NCBI GenBank assembly: GCA_963833985.1
Contig: CAWIAD010000002.1
Coordinates: 6,016,001-6,080,000, forward strand
Direction of reading: 5' to 3'
Origin: an uncultured Planctomycetaceae bacterium
GTDB taxonomy: Bacteria; Planctomycetota; Planctomycetia; Isosphaerales; Isosphaeraceae
Length of the DNA stretch: 64,000 nt
The position numbers and the translations under genes were made by a program. Of the stretch, positions 32,770-44,161 are shown piece after piece. The first letter of the stretch is position 1. Each line of letters begins with the position of its first letter. The notes beneath the pieces were generated by a model. The model had not been told where the DNA came from. It saw only the letters and a list, made by a program, of their open reading frames with translations, and made no database searches.

Positions 32770-35289
32770 GTGGCGGGCAGGAAGGATAGTGCGGCGCAGG
32801 GCCAGTTCCGCTTGCTCATGCATGTCGGAGCCGTCGGGAAGCTGACGGACGGGCAGCTTCTGGAACGGTTCTCGACGGGCCGGGGTGATGCCGCCGAGCT
32901 TGCCTTCGCAGCCCTGGTCGAGCGGCACGGGCCGATGGTCTGGCGGCTCTGCCGGGGCGTGCTCGCCGACCCGCACACCGCGGAGGACGCCTTTCAGGCG
33001 ACTTTTATGGTCCTGGTGAAGAAGGCGGGGGGGCTGTGGGTGAAAGACTCGCTGGGCGCCTGGCTGCACCAGGTCGCGTTCCGCACGGCCTCCAGCGCCT
33101 TGAAGGACGAGCTCAGGCGACGGCGGCACGAGCGCAGGGCGGCGGAGATGGCGGCCACATCTTGTGGCGTAGATCACGAAGGAGCGGACCCCGAGCTGGA
33201 ACGACTGCTGCACGCCGAGATCGACGGGCTGCCCGAACGGTACCGCGTGCCCATCGTGCTCTGCGATCTGGAGGGCTATTCCCACGAGCTGGCGGCACGT
33301 CATCTCGGCTGGCCCATCGGGACCGTCAAGAGCCGCCTGGCGCGGGGACGAGACCGGCTGCGTGACCGGCTGCGCCAGCGCGGAGTTCATCGGAGCCTGG
33401 CGCCGCTCCCGGCCGCACTCTGGAGCGAAGGCAGCAATCCCGTGCTCCCGACCGCCCTGGTCCGATCCACGACCATCCTCGCGATGCGGTTCGGTGTGTC
33501 TGAATCAATCAGCAGTGCATCGGTTGCTTCACTCGTCCAGGGGGTTCTCGAAACTATGTCCATCAATCGATGGCTCAAAGTCGCCGCGATCTTGCTTGTG
33601 GCCGGAGCAACGGCCTCCAGTGCCGGCATGATGTCCCGGAAGTCCGCCTCGGGAGGTGAGGCCTCGACGCAGAAGGCAGCCCAGCCCGGCCCGGGCCCGG
33701 ATGAAGCGGTCGCCGTGGTCAAGCAGGGCAAGTTCACGTTTTCCGTCGTTGCTCCGGGCTCGATCGAGGCCGAGCGTCGGGTGAGCCTGCTTTGCGAGGT
33801 CGCGGGCCGCTCGACCATCATCTCGATCGTACCCGAGGGCAAGAAGGTCAAGAAGGGAGATCTCCTCTGCGAGCTCGACTCGGCCTCGCTCCGCGACCAG
33901 CTCGTGAATCAGCGGGTCGCCACCCGGGATGCGGAGATGGTGTATCAGAGTGCCAGGGAATCACGCGAAAGCGCCGAGCTTGCGATCAAGGAATACGAGG
34001 AAGGCACCTACCCGCTGGAAAAAGCCACGATCGAGGGCGAGATCAGGCTCGCCGAATCCGCCGTCGCCATCGCCAGAGCACAGATGGAACGCACCCGAAG
34101 ACTTCACCAGCAGTTGAACGACGCGTTCGCGCGCAAGGAACCGGCCGAGGTCACGACGAGCCTGCGCACCGAGCTCGAACTCAAGAACCAGCTCGACGCC
34201 GCCGAACAGACCCTGATGCGCGAGCAATTGTCGGTCCAGAAAGCGCGGGGGAGGCTGAACCTGCTGGAGAACTATACGAAAGGGAAAATGGCGAAAGAGC
34301 TGAAAGCGAGGGCCGACGAGCGGAGGTTCGCAGAACTGGTCAAGGAACGTGCCGTCCAGCTCGAACATTCCAGGGAACGCAGCCTGGGAAGGCAAATCAC
34401 CCGATGCAAGCTCATCGCCCCCGGCGACGGCACGGTCGTGTACGCCAACGATCCACACCGGGCCGGGGGATGGCCTCAGATCGAGGAAGGTGCCACGGTC
34501 CGAGAGCGGCAGATCATTCTTTACATCGACGACCTCGATGGCCCGATGCAGGTGAACGCCAAGGCTCGAGAAGCATACGTCGATCGGCTCGCGCGCGGTC
34601 AGAAGGCCCGGATCGAGGTGGACGCGTTCCCGGGCAAGGTATTCTCCGGCGAGGTGGTCGAGGTGGCGCCGCTGCCCGACCCGGGCACCTTTTTCAACTC
34701 GGACGTAAAGGTCTACACCACCAGGGTCCGCATCAATGGAATCGTGGGCATGCTCCGCCCCGGCATGACGGCGCGAGCCGAAATCCTCGTGAGCGAGCGT
34801 GACAACGCCCTCACCGTGCCCATCGGTGCCGTTCTGTTATATGACGCCAGGGCACAAGTCGCGGTCAAAAAGCCCGCGGGCGAGTTCGAGTGGCGCGAGG
34901 TCATCCTGGGCGAGTCCAATGACGTGGAGATCGAAGTGAAGCAAGGCCTCAAGCCTGGAGAACAGGTGGCCCTCGCCCCGATGCATCTGCTCACCGAGCA
35001 GGAGCGCCTGAGGTTCTTCCCGACCCCGCCAGCCTCGACCCCGCCAGCCACGAGTAAGACCGCAGGTGCGGACCGGACCAGGGCGAAGGCGATCGGTAAG
35101 GAGGCCCGCGGTGCGCGCTTACCACCGGCGTTGATCGCCAAGCTCAGATCGATCGCGCCTGAAGACCGTGCCAGGTTGAAGAATGCCGGCCAGCAGGAAC
35201 GCGAGGCCATCCTGAGGAAAGCGGGATTCACCGATGCCGAGCTCTCGCAGTTCTTCGAGATGACCCAGTCGCCTCGCCGTCCCGACTGA
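32770..35289 (+). CDS. ECF sigma-70 factor fused via a TM segment to an RND/HlyD-type membrane-fusion domain
   Basis: LVERHGPMV, AEDAFQATF and GTVKSRLARGR, then VPEGKKVKKGDLL, a long coiled coil, LIAPGDGTV and LRPGMTA. Confidence 0.9.
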   Translation: MAGRKDSAAQGQFRLLMHVGAVGKLTDGQLLERFSTGRGDAAELAFAALVERHGPMVWRLCRGVLADPHTAEDAFQATFMVLVKKAGGLWVKDSLGAWLHQVAFRTASSALKDELRRRRHERRAAEMAATSCGVDHEGADPELERLLHAEIDGLPERYRVPIVLCDLEGYSHELAARHLGWPIGTVKSRLARGRDRLRDRLRQRGVHRSLAPLPAALWSEGSNPVLPTALVRSTTILAMRFGVSESISSASVASLVQGVLETMSINRWLKVAAILLVAGATASSAGMMSRKSASGGEASTQKAAQPGPGPDEAVAVVKQGKFTFSVVAPGSIEAERRVSLLCEVAGRSTIISIVPEGKKVKKGDLLCELDSASLRDQLVNQRVATRDAEMVYQSARESRESAELAIKEYEEGTYPLEKATIEGEIRLAESAVAIARAQMERTRRLHQQLNDAFARKEPAEVTTSLRTELELKNQLDAAEQTLMREQLSVQKARGRLNLLENYTKGKMAKELKARADERRFAELVKERAVQLEHSRERSLGRQITRCKLIAPGDGTVVYANDPHRAGGWPQIEEGATVRERQIILYIDDLDGPMQVNAKAREAYVDRLARGQKARIEVDAFPGKVFSGEVVEVAPLPDPGTFFNSDVKVYTTRVRINGIVGMLRPGMTARAEILVSERDNALTVPIGAVLLYDARAQVAVKKPAGEFEWREVILGESNDVEIEVKQGLKPGEQVALAPMHLLTEQERLRFFPTPPASTPPATSKTAGADRTRAKAIGKEARGARLPPALIAKLRSIAPEDRARLKNAGQQEREAILRKAGFTDAELSQFFEMTQSPRRPD

Positions 35290-35324
35290 TCACAGGGTGC
35301 TGGCCGTTGCGACGCAGGATCGTT

Positions 35325-36782
35325 TCACGCCGGCCACTTTCCGATCGGGCATTGCTCATGCGACATGCGTGACTTCACGTGGGTGAAGCAGCCGCAAACG
35401 CGGCACCGCATACCGGTGTGATGCTCGCAGGTGTTGCAGGTGGCCATCCGCGCTTGTTGCAGAACGGGCTCGGTGGTCGTCAGCCCCGATCCGATGAATC
35501 GCATCATCGCCTTTGTGGCCGAGACCGCCATGCGCAAGAGGCCGGGTCCACTGTCCGGGTCGGCGGCCGCCTGGGTGGCCGTCATCACGCTGCCGCCCAT
35601 CGGCCCGCCCGAGACGACGCTGGCCCCCATCGCGCCTGGGGCACCTGCCGCGAGACCGGCCATGTCCATGCGATAGCGCTGAAGCTGGGCGCCATACCAG
35701 GAGGCCTCCGGCTTGCCGGTTCTTCGCAGCAGGTTGATCGACTCCTGCGCCCGGCCAATGGCCTGGTCGCGCTGGCTCATATCGGCATGGGCGATCGCCA
35801 TGTTCCAGAGCACGCGCGCCTCTTGCTGGCGGTCGCCTGCGGCGCGGGTCATGTCCAGGGCGCGGGTCAGGAGCGACAGAGCCCCGAAGGGGTCGCGCAG
35901 GTTGGCGTGGGCCATGCCCAGCCGTTCCACGATCAGCTTCTCGGCGTACGGATCGTTGAGCGCGCGCACCAGTTCCAGGGCCTTCTCCAGCAAGTGCCTG
36001 GCCGCGGCCGCCTGGCCCATCGCCATGAGCGCGTATGCCAGGTTGTGCAAGGCGTCGATCTCGCGGGCCCGGTCGCCGAGCATGCGGCACAGTTCGACGG
36101 CCTTCTCGAGCTGGGATGCCGATCTCTGGAGGTCGCCCTCGTTCATGGTGACGATGCCCAGGTCGATGAGCGCGGCCGCTTCCCGAAAGCGGTCGCCGCT
36201 CTGGCGCAGGCCTCGAGGCGCTGCTCGGCGAGCGCCACCGGGCAGCCGAGCTCGTCGGTTTCGGCCACACCCGTGACGGGTTGCGACGCGGAGCCGTTGC
36301 CAGGCAAGGCGCCGGCCGGCGCGGCGGTTCCCCGGGCCACAAGAAAAAGGCGGTCGGCGATGGGCTTGAGCCTGGTGACCTCGGGCAAGGCGGCCCGCAG
36401 CGCAGCCTCGTCCAGGGGCGCGTTCTCATCGTGGGCCCAGGCCAGGAACAGGTCAGTCTTGCGATCGCCGCACTTCTCTGCCGGCTGGCCGGTGGGCAGG
36501 GTCCAGGAGTCCTCGCCATCCTTGCCCGTGAACTTGCGCGCACAGCTTGCTCAGCAAGCCCCCGCCCAGACGCTGCCGCGCCCGGATCGATGTGACGGCC
36601 GTCATGCAGATGCCGTGCTCGGTCTTGATCTCGAGCCGAGGAACGGTTCCAATCCTTTCCCAGTACTGGAATTCGCGGTCTCGGCTCTCCGGCAGCCAGA
36701 ACACCGCGCGGCTGCTCTCGCGTGCGGGATCGCGGAGGATGCCAGCGACGAGCACCAGGTTGCCCCAGTCAGGTAGTGTCAT
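35325..36782 (-). CDS. TPR-repeat protein with a C-terminal Cys-rich module; two frameshifts (~36540, ~36210)
   Basis: TPR-like helices (ALHNLAYAL, RLGMAH, LWNMAIAH) and tail CNTC...CRVCGC...CPIGKW; N-terminal pieces lie in adjacent frames. Confidence 0.65.
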
Positions 36783-37000
36783 GCGAATTCGACTCGCTCT
36801 CCGGGCAGGTGGTTTCGGCGCTACGAGACTGCGTAAGGGATGCCATGAGTGGTGCCAGGACCCGCGATTGTACCTGCTGGAAAGATTCTCGACAAACCGG
36901 ATCGGCGAAGCGGAATCCGCGGCTGCCGCGTACACGGCCCGCCTTGAGAGCGTGACGCCCGGGGAGGACTCGCCGGGACATTCATCAGGAGGTGTATAGA

Positions 37001-37909
37001 ATGCAAGGACGCTTGCCTGACTTTATCGTTCTTGGCGCCATGAAATGCGCAACGACAACGCTCCACGAACAACTGGCGCGTCAGCGATGCCTGTTCATGA
37101 GCCATCCCAAGGAGCCAAACTTCTTCAGCGACGATGCGAACTACGGCCGCGGGCTGGACTGGTATGCCGGCTGCTTTCACGGTGCCGGGCCCGAGCAGCT
37201 TGTGGGCGAATCAAGTACGCATTACACGAAGCTTCCCACCCACCCGTACACTGTCGAGCGGATGATCCAGGTGCTGCCGCGAGTCAAGCTGGTCTACGTG
37301 ATGCGGCATCCGATCGACCGGCTCACCTCGCATTACCTGCATGAGGTGACCGTGGGTCAAATCTCGGTCGGCCTCGAGGAAGCCGTCGAGCAACACCCAG
37401 AACTCGTGGATTACGGCCGGTACAGCATGCAACTTGAACCCTACATCCGGACATATGGCCCGGAAGCCATCCTTCCCATCTTCTTTGATCGGCTGGTCGA
37501 TGAGCCCGACCAGGAGATGGAGCGGCTGGGCCGGTTTCTGGGGGCCTCCGAACCCATGCGATGGGACCACACGCTGAAACCGCAGAACGTGGGGCGCGAG
37601 CGGCTGCGCAACAGTCCCCTCCGCGAGACGCTCGTGCAACTGCCGTTGCTGAGCGCGCTGCGGCATGCCCTCTTGCCTCGACGACTGGTGGACGCCTTGA
37701 AAGCGTTCTGGAAGATCGGCGTGGATCCGCCTCCGGTTTCTTCCTCGCTGAGCGACCGGCTGCGCGAGCTCTTCGACGAGGACCTCGCGCGGCTCGGTTC
37801 GTGGCTTGGGATCGAGCTCGACTGCGGCTCGTTTCACGAGGCCGCCAGAAAGCCGTCGGTCGTCTGGAAGACGTTCCACACCGACCTGTGCGCCGCGCCC
37901 CGCTGCTGA
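37001..37909 (+). CDS. Sulfotransferase family protein
   Basis: PAPS-binding motif PDFIVLGAMKCATTTL, KEPNFF and RHPIDRLTSHY; AGGAGG RBS. Confidence 0.92.
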   Translation: MQGRLPDFIVLGAMKCATTTLHEQLARQRCLFMSHPKEPNFFSDDANYGRGLDWYAGCFHGAGPEQLVGESSTHYTKLPTHPYTVERMIQVLPRVKLVYVMRHPIDRLTSHYLHEVTVGQISVGLEEAVEQHPELVDYGRYSMQLEPYIRTYGPEAILPIFFDRLVDEPDQEMERLGRFLGASEPMRWDHTLKPQNVGRERLRNSPLRETLVQLPLLSALRHALLPRRLVDALKAFWKIGVDPPPVSSSLSDRLRELFDEDLARLGSWLGIELDCGSFHEAARKPSVVWKTFHTDLCAAPRC

Positions 37910-37920
37910 CGACGGCCGGT

Positions 37921-40541
37921 TCACGGCTTGCGCTGGATCCGTAGCGACACGATACCCCAGCCCGGGACTGTGACTGGGCCATGGATCTCGGCGCTGGGCT
38001 GCTCGCTCGTGTCGCTGGCCCAGATCTTGAGCGGTCCCGATCCGCCTCCTCGCAAGCTCACCTGGCGATCCTGCCCCGATGCTCCGTACAGGCGGACGAT
38101 CCACGCACGGCCGTCGTCGCTGGGCTTGAGCGCCGTGACGAGCACCTCATGCTCCGAAAGATCAAATAAGGGCGTCGCAGTGGGCCTGGACCCGGCGCGG
38201 GCGTGGCGATGAGCGGCTGGCTGATGCCGATGGCCAGCCGCGAGGCGCGGGCTGGATCAGCCTGGCGATGCGGAAGGAGGACGAATCGAAAGACCGCTGG
38301 TCCTTCCTGGTAGGCGCGGTAGTTGGTGTGCCAGTGGTTGTTCATGGCCCACACGTAGAGCTGCTGGGTCGGCTCGATGGCCTTGCGCCAGGCGTCGGGA
38401 TTGGACTGCGAGTTCAGCAGCCTGGCAGTCAGCCCGCCAAGCTGGATCAGGGGTGCATCCAGCGTCACCCAGGTGACGCCGGAATCACGATTGGAGACAT
38501 CGACCCAGCGGCCCACCGTGAGCCAGTTCTTGCAGGCGCTGGGCATCTGGTCGAGCTCGGGTCGCATGGCTCCGATCGGCAGGTCTACCAGCATCTGCCC
38601 GCCCGGCACGTGGAACGGAAAAGCGAAGTTGACGCTCTCCTTGCCGTCCTTCTCGATGTAGCTCCTGGCGGCGAGCCGAGCCTTGTCCACGGTGTTCACG
38701 AGCTCGATCCGGTCCTGGCCCGCATACAGGCGGACGTCGCGGCGCAGGTGATGGCAGCCCGGCGCATCGGAGTCGATCATGAGCGAGGCCACCAGGGGAC
38801 CCCGATCGCCGGGCTTCACGGTCACGGTCCCCACCCCCTGCATGCCTGCCAGATCATCACCCTTGAAGTAGAGATAGTCGTTGATCGCATGCCCTGACGA
38901 GGAATCCACCAGGTTCCCATCGATCTCCGGGCTACGCAGCTCCGCCAGCCCGCCCGTCCGCGGATCGATGACGATCCGCACCAGGCCATTGCTCAGGACC
39001 GTACCATCGACGATTGCCGGAACGGCCGCCGGATACGCACCGCCAGGCGCAAGCGTGTACCGACGGGCGCAGAGAGGGGGCAGATCAGTCACCAGGATGG
39101 CCAGTTCCCCGCTGGCCAGGCGCTGCGAGGGCACCGGCCGGCCCTGATCATCGGCAACGCGATCTCCCCGTTCCGAGATCCCCTTCGGCACCAGCATCAC
39201 CTCGGTACGCGGCCACGAGGTGGTGTTGAACACGTCGAGATCCGCGCTGGCCACCAGGGAATCCGCGGCCTTCTCGCGACGCTCCAGGGCGCGCACCACG
39301 AGCGAGCGCGACTGCAAGCTGGCTTCCGCGGCGAACGACTGCTTGATTTGCCATTGCTCCTGTGTGAGCGGAAGGGACGGATCGGTGACGCTACAGTAGG
39401 CGCCCCATGTGTGTTCCGAGTAGAGCAGGACGTTGCGCCAGGCCTGGTCGAACGATCTGGCCGGATAGCTGGCCGGGTCGATCATGGCCCAGAGCGCCTC
39501 GGCCTGGGTGAGCCGGTCGGCGGCCGAGCGGTTCATGCCCGTCTCGACGGCAGACGACCCCGCGCCGTCTTCCCAGTAGGGCGTCCAGTCGCCGCGCACC
39601 CGCGGCAGCTTGTCGCCGTAGCGAGCCTCGAACGCCCGAAAGGCCTCGCTGGTCGACGCGATCTTGAACTTCGGCCAGTCGTGCTGCTGGTTCCATTCCT
39701 TGACGAAATCGCAGATGGCCGGGTCGGGCGTGGCATTGTCGCCGTGGCCGGACCAGCGGATGTAGGCGATGCCGTACGGATATCCCTTCCTCTCCAGCTC
39801 GGCGGTGTAGTCGGCGACGAACTTCGGGGTGAGTGTGCCCACGATGTGCGACATCGCGTATCCCCTGGTCGGAATCCAGACCAGCACCTTCTCCTTGCCG
39901 GACGGCGAGACCCAGTAAAACGGCCGGTTCTCCCACTTCACCAGGATGTCCCCGATCCGATCGGAGAAGTTGGGTGCGGCCGAGAAGTACCTGATGCCGG
40001 CCTGGGCCATCGCCGTGACGGTTCCCCAGGTGTAGCCCGGCACGTCGCTGATCATGGCCGAGTCGATCGGCACGCCGGTCTGCCCGGCCAGCCTCGTGGC
40101 CTCACGAAAGAGCCGCAGCAACTCCTCCTGGCGGCACAGGCCAGTGAGCTCATTGAGATACATGCCATTGAGCGCCACCTGGCCTTTCTTGACGGCATCC
40201 AGCAAGAGAGCCCGCTGCTCCGTCCCCAGCCTGTGGAGATAGAGATCGGCGGCCCAGAGGACCTCGACGTTCCAGACGAAACGGGCACCCTCGGGATAGC
40301 TCGCGGTCCGGCGCGCGGCCGCAATGCCTTGCAGCAGGTTGTCCACTTGCTTCTGCTCGATCCGCGACTGGAGCTCGGTGTAACCGATGTCGGTGTGCGA
40401 GTGGGGCAAGATGTAGATGGTCAGCTCGCGCTGGGTCGCGGGAGCGGCAGGGTCCGGGTCTGCGGCAGCCGCGGGGAATGCCGTCGCGGCCACGGTGATC
40501 GTGGTGATTCCAACGAGCAGCAGGTGTCGTCGCGTTTTCAT
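37921..40541 (-). CDS. GH38-like glycoside hydrolase (alpha-mannosidase-like); frameshift near 38195
   Basis: Signal peptide, HSHTDIGY, SDVPG, YSEHTWG and MNNHWHTNY; the C-terminal ALKPSDDGRAWIVRL is in a second frame. Confidence 0.85.
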
Positions 40542-40931
40542 CGAGAGCCCCCTTCGGCCAGAGCGAACCGCCAGGCGGGGTAGAGGCAAATTCTGCCGAG
40601 GGCGTGGGTGGACCCCGGCGGGCGATCGCTCGGGACGTTGAGCTGGTGGGATGTCTCTGGCTGGCTAGCCGGTCTTCGAGGACCGGAGCTGGTCATTCAT
40701 CTCGGGCATGTGGCCTTGCGGCCGCGGACGGAAGACCTTCGTACCATTCCTCTGTGGTCGGCGCCAGGCTGAATCGTATCGTGCGCGGAACGACACCACA
40801 ATGAGCTGCTTCCTTCCAGCCCTGGTTCGAACCATCTTCGCGCCACATGAGCAAATGGCCGCCGTGTCGCACTCGTTGGTATCCTGAGATTGGAAACCTC
40901 ACTCTGAAGCCTCCAGCGCACGGAAATTCAC

Positions 40932-42221
40932 TTGAGCACTCCTGAAACCGGAAAGCGTGTGGTCATCACGGCTCTCGGCTCGCTGGGCGATCTGCACCCG
41001 TACCTGGCCATCGCCCTGGGATTGCGGGCGCGCGGCCATGAGGCGATCGTCGCGACCAGTGAATGTTATCGCGGCAGGGTGCAATCGCTGGGGCTTGAGT
41101 TCCGCCCGCTCCGACCCGACTCAGCGGTCGTGACTGACCCGGTCATGATGAGTCGGTTCATGGGTTCTCGGCTCGGCACGATGCGTGTCGTTCGTGATTG
41201 GTTCCTGGCACATCTGCGAGAGTCGTACGAAGACACGCTGGCAGCTTCTTCCGGGGTCGACCTGCTCGTCTCCCATCCTGCGACGTACGCAACCAGGCTG
41301 GTCGCCGAGCAGCAACACATCCCCTGGGTATCGACCATGACCGCGCCGGGAGGCTTCTTCTCGGCCCTGGCTCCGCCCGTGCTGCCCGTTGTTCCGGAAG
41401 TCAGCAAGGCGCTGTGCCCACTTGGGCCGTATTTCTGGGCCCCGATGCTCTCTTTTCTGAAGCGCGCAAGTCGAGGGTGGGCCCGGCCCATTGACCGGAT
41501 TCGGAGCGATCTTGGCCTGCCCCCTGCCCCGGAGTTGAACCCGCTGGTGGACGGCGTTGCGCCCTCGCTTCACCTCGCCCTCTTCTCGCGCTGGCTTGCC
41601 GCGAAGCAGTCCGACTGGCCGGCGCAGACCGTGGTGACCGGCTTCCCTTATCTGGACCAGGACGGCGCGAGCGGTTTGCCTCCCGACCTGACCCGCTTCC
41701 TCGATGACGGCCCTCCGCCGCTCGTCTTTACGCTGGGATCCTCGGCCGCGTCGATCGCGGGATCGTTTCACGAGGAAAGCGCCGCGGCTGCCCGGCGTCT
41801 GGGCCGCAGGGCCGTCCTGGTCCTGGGAGATCCGTGCACCCGGCCCGCATCGCTGCCCGAGGGAGTTGCCGCCTTCGACTATGCCCCGTTCGGCTTGCTC
41901 TTCCCCAGGGCCCTGGCGCTCGTCTATCCCGGCGGTATCGGCACCACCGGCCTGGCACTCCGCAACGGCGTGCCAATGCTGGTCATGCCCCTGGCCCACG
42001 AACAGCCTGACACTGCCGATCGTCTGATGCGCCTGGGTGTCGCCCGTACGATCAGCCGGCGCCGCTACGGGGCCGACCGAGTGGCACGGGAACTCACTCA
42101 ATTGCTGGGAGAAGAAGCATATGCGCGGCGGGCCGCGGAACTCGCCGGCCACGTCCGAGCCGAGGATGGAGTTGGCACAGCGTGCGATGCTCTGGAAGCC
42201 GTGCTCACTGGAGACTCATGA
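40932..42221 (+). CDS. GT1-family UDP-glycosyltransferase
   Basis: GSLGDLHPY, VFTLGS, YAPFGLLFP, GGIGTT and PLAHEQPD. Confidence 0.9.
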   Translation: MSTPETGKRVVITALGSLGDLHPYLAIALGLRARGHEAIVATSECYRGRVQSLGLEFRPLRPDSAVVTDPVMMSRFMGSRLGTMRVVRDWFLAHLRESYEDTLAASSGVDLLVSHPATYATRLVAEQQHIPWVSTMTAPGGFFSALAPPVLPVVPEVSKALCPLGPYFWAPMLSFLKRASRGWARPIDRIRSDLGLPPAPELNPLVDGVAPSLHLALFSRWLAAKQSDWPAQTVVTGFPYLDQDGASGLPPDLTRFLDDGPPPLVFTLGSSAASIAGSFHEESAAAARRLGRRAVLVLGDPCTRPASLPEGVAAFDYAPFGLLFPRALALVYPGGIGTTGLALRNGVPMLVMPLAHEQPDTADRLMRLGVARTISRRRYGADRVARELTQLLGEEAYARRAAELAGHVRAEDGVGTACDALEAVLTGDS

Positions 42222-42322
42222 CCAGCAAGGCCGCGCCGCGACGAGCATATCTTGCCGCGTCTCTGACATTTGTGGTATGACGGAACGCGTGAGACCACGC
42301 CCTGCGCTTGCGGAGCTCTGCG

Positions 42323-43542
42323 ATGCCAACTTGTGTGATCGCGCTTTCCATGATGAGCGCATTGTTCTTTACTCAGGGCGCGGTCACGGAGACGCCTCGG
42401 GAACGCTACCAGGCGCTGGTCAAGGAATACGATACCGAGCTCATGGCCTGGGAAGCACGCTACGGAGCCGGTGCGTTCAAAGACCCCGAGGCCCTTCTTG
42501 AGGCCCGTTATCGCGACTGGCCGGGCTGGCTTTACGCGGGTCGTTTTCTGGAGCTTGCCCAGGCCCACCTCGAAGACCCGGCCGCGATCGACGCCCTGCT
42601 CTGGATCACGAACCTGTCCTTTGCCGTCGGCGTGAGCGACCAGTTGCTCGTGGTTCCTTACACTCGCGCCTGGATCTCCTGGCGCAACGCCAGGTGTTCA
42701 ACGACAGCCGCATGACCCAGGCATGCAAGGCGCTCAGGTATCCGGCACCCTGGACCGAGCAGTTTCTACGAGCCCTCCTGGAACGGTCCACGAAACCCGA
42801 CATCCGGGGCATGGCCTGCCTGGTGCTGGCCCGCAGCCTTGCAAGCCGGAGGTCGATCGCCGTCGATCCCTGGTATGCCAGGGACGGACTATCCGCATTC
42901 ACATCATTCATGCGCCAGCGCGTTGATGCGGCCTGGATCGCCTACATCACAACGACGGATCTGCGGCAGGTGGACGAGGAGGCAGAACGGCTGTTCCGGA
43001 GAGCCACGGAGGAATTCGGCCAAGTCGTCTACGCGCGCGGAGCTCAAGGGCGGAAGATCACGGTCGCTGAGGTCGCCCGGTCGGAATGGACCGAGTTTCG
43101 CAAGCCAGCGCCTGGACGGCGGGTGCCCGAGATCGATGCCGACGACGCGGCAGGGAAGCGGCTCAGGCTCAGCGACTTTCAGGGCAAGGTCGTGGTCCTC
43201 TGCTTCGGCGGCTTATCCGACCCGCGCTGTCGCTCAACCTACACGCTTCTCCGCACGCTGAACGAAACATACAAGCACCAGCCGTTCGCGGTTCTGAGCG
43301 TCGAGACCGACACGGATCTCGAGAGCTTGCACCGGGCGCTCCACGACGGCACGATCACCTGGCGGTGCTGGCCGGATCGCGAGAGCAGGAACCCCATCGC
43401 CGCGGCTTGCCGCGTGACCGCCGTGCCGACCCTGCTGATCCTCGATCGCGACGGAACGATCCGTTTCATGAATCCCCGGGCCGATCACGTCGAAGACCAG
43501 GTGCGATCGCTGCTCCCGCAAGCAGACCCCGGGCAAAACTGA
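42323..43542 (+). CDS. Exported protein with C-terminal TlpA/redoxin-like domain; frameshift near 42670
   Basis: LRLSDFQGKVVVL and VPTLLILDRDGTIRF; the active-site position reads DPRC rather than CxxC. Confidence 0.75.
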
Positions 43543-43578
43543 GAACGCGGCATTTCCAGCCCATGCGCGGCGGATGCC

Positions 43579-43607
43579 TTGACTCTCTGTCACGTTGTAG
43601 ATACAAC
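43579..43607 (+). promoter_or_regulatory. Sigma70-like promoter (TTGACT-N17-TACAAC) overlapped by palindromic operator GTTGTAGATACAAC (43594-43607)
   Basis: Read directly; the marR-family ATG lies 7 nt after the -10 hexamer. Confidence 0.65.
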
Positions 43608-43613
43608 TAAAGC

Positions 43614-44072
43614 ATGAAGCGCGGCAAGCCGAATCCAGAGATCGTCGACCGCATGGCCAGCGAATGCCTGGCCGTCCGCGTGCGGCTGATCAACCGGGTG
43701 ATCACGGGCCTGTACGACGCCGCCCTGCGGCCGTTCGGCCTGCGCATCAGCCAGGCGAACATCCTGGCGGCCGTCGGCAAGCTGGGCGAGGTTCGCCCCG
43801 CTGACCTGTCGCGCATCTTGCGGATCGAGAAGTCCACCCTCAGCCGTGACGTCGAGCTCATGAAGCGAAACGGCTGGCTGGCATCAGAACCGCCCGGCGG
43901 AGGCCGGAACCAGAAAGTCCGGCTCTCGCCAGAAGGGACTCAGCTCCTGATCCGGATGGGCCCTGCTTGGGAGAAGGCCCAGCGCGAGACTCAAGAACTG
44001 GTCGGCCCACGGGGAGAAAGCGCCGTCCATGAGATGGCCGGACGGCTCGGCTTCGGACAGAGCAATCGTTGA
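43614..44072 (+). CDS. MarR-family transcriptional regulator
   Basis: CLAVRVRLINRVITGLYDAALRPFGL and IEKSTLSRDV winged HTH. Confidence 0.92.
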   Translation: MKRGKPNPEIVDRMASECLAVRVRLINRVITGLYDAALRPFGLRISQANILAAVGKLGEVRPADLSRILRIEKSTLSRDVELMKRNGWLASEPPGGGRNQKVRLSPEGTQLLIRMGPAWEKAQRETQELVGPRGESAVHEMAGRLGFGQSNR

Positions 44073-44112
44073 TCGAGCCAATCAAGCTGTTGCCAGCCCG
44101 TGCAGCTCGCAA

Positions 44113-44126
44113 GTTGTATCTACAAC
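44113..44126. promoter_or_regulatory. Second copy of the operator (GTTGTATCTACAAC)
   Basis: Exact reverse complement of 43594-43607, upstream of the ATG at 44162. Confidence 0.7.
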
Positions 44127-44161
44127 ACGGTGCGACCTTTCACTTCCTCGGGAGAACGTTC

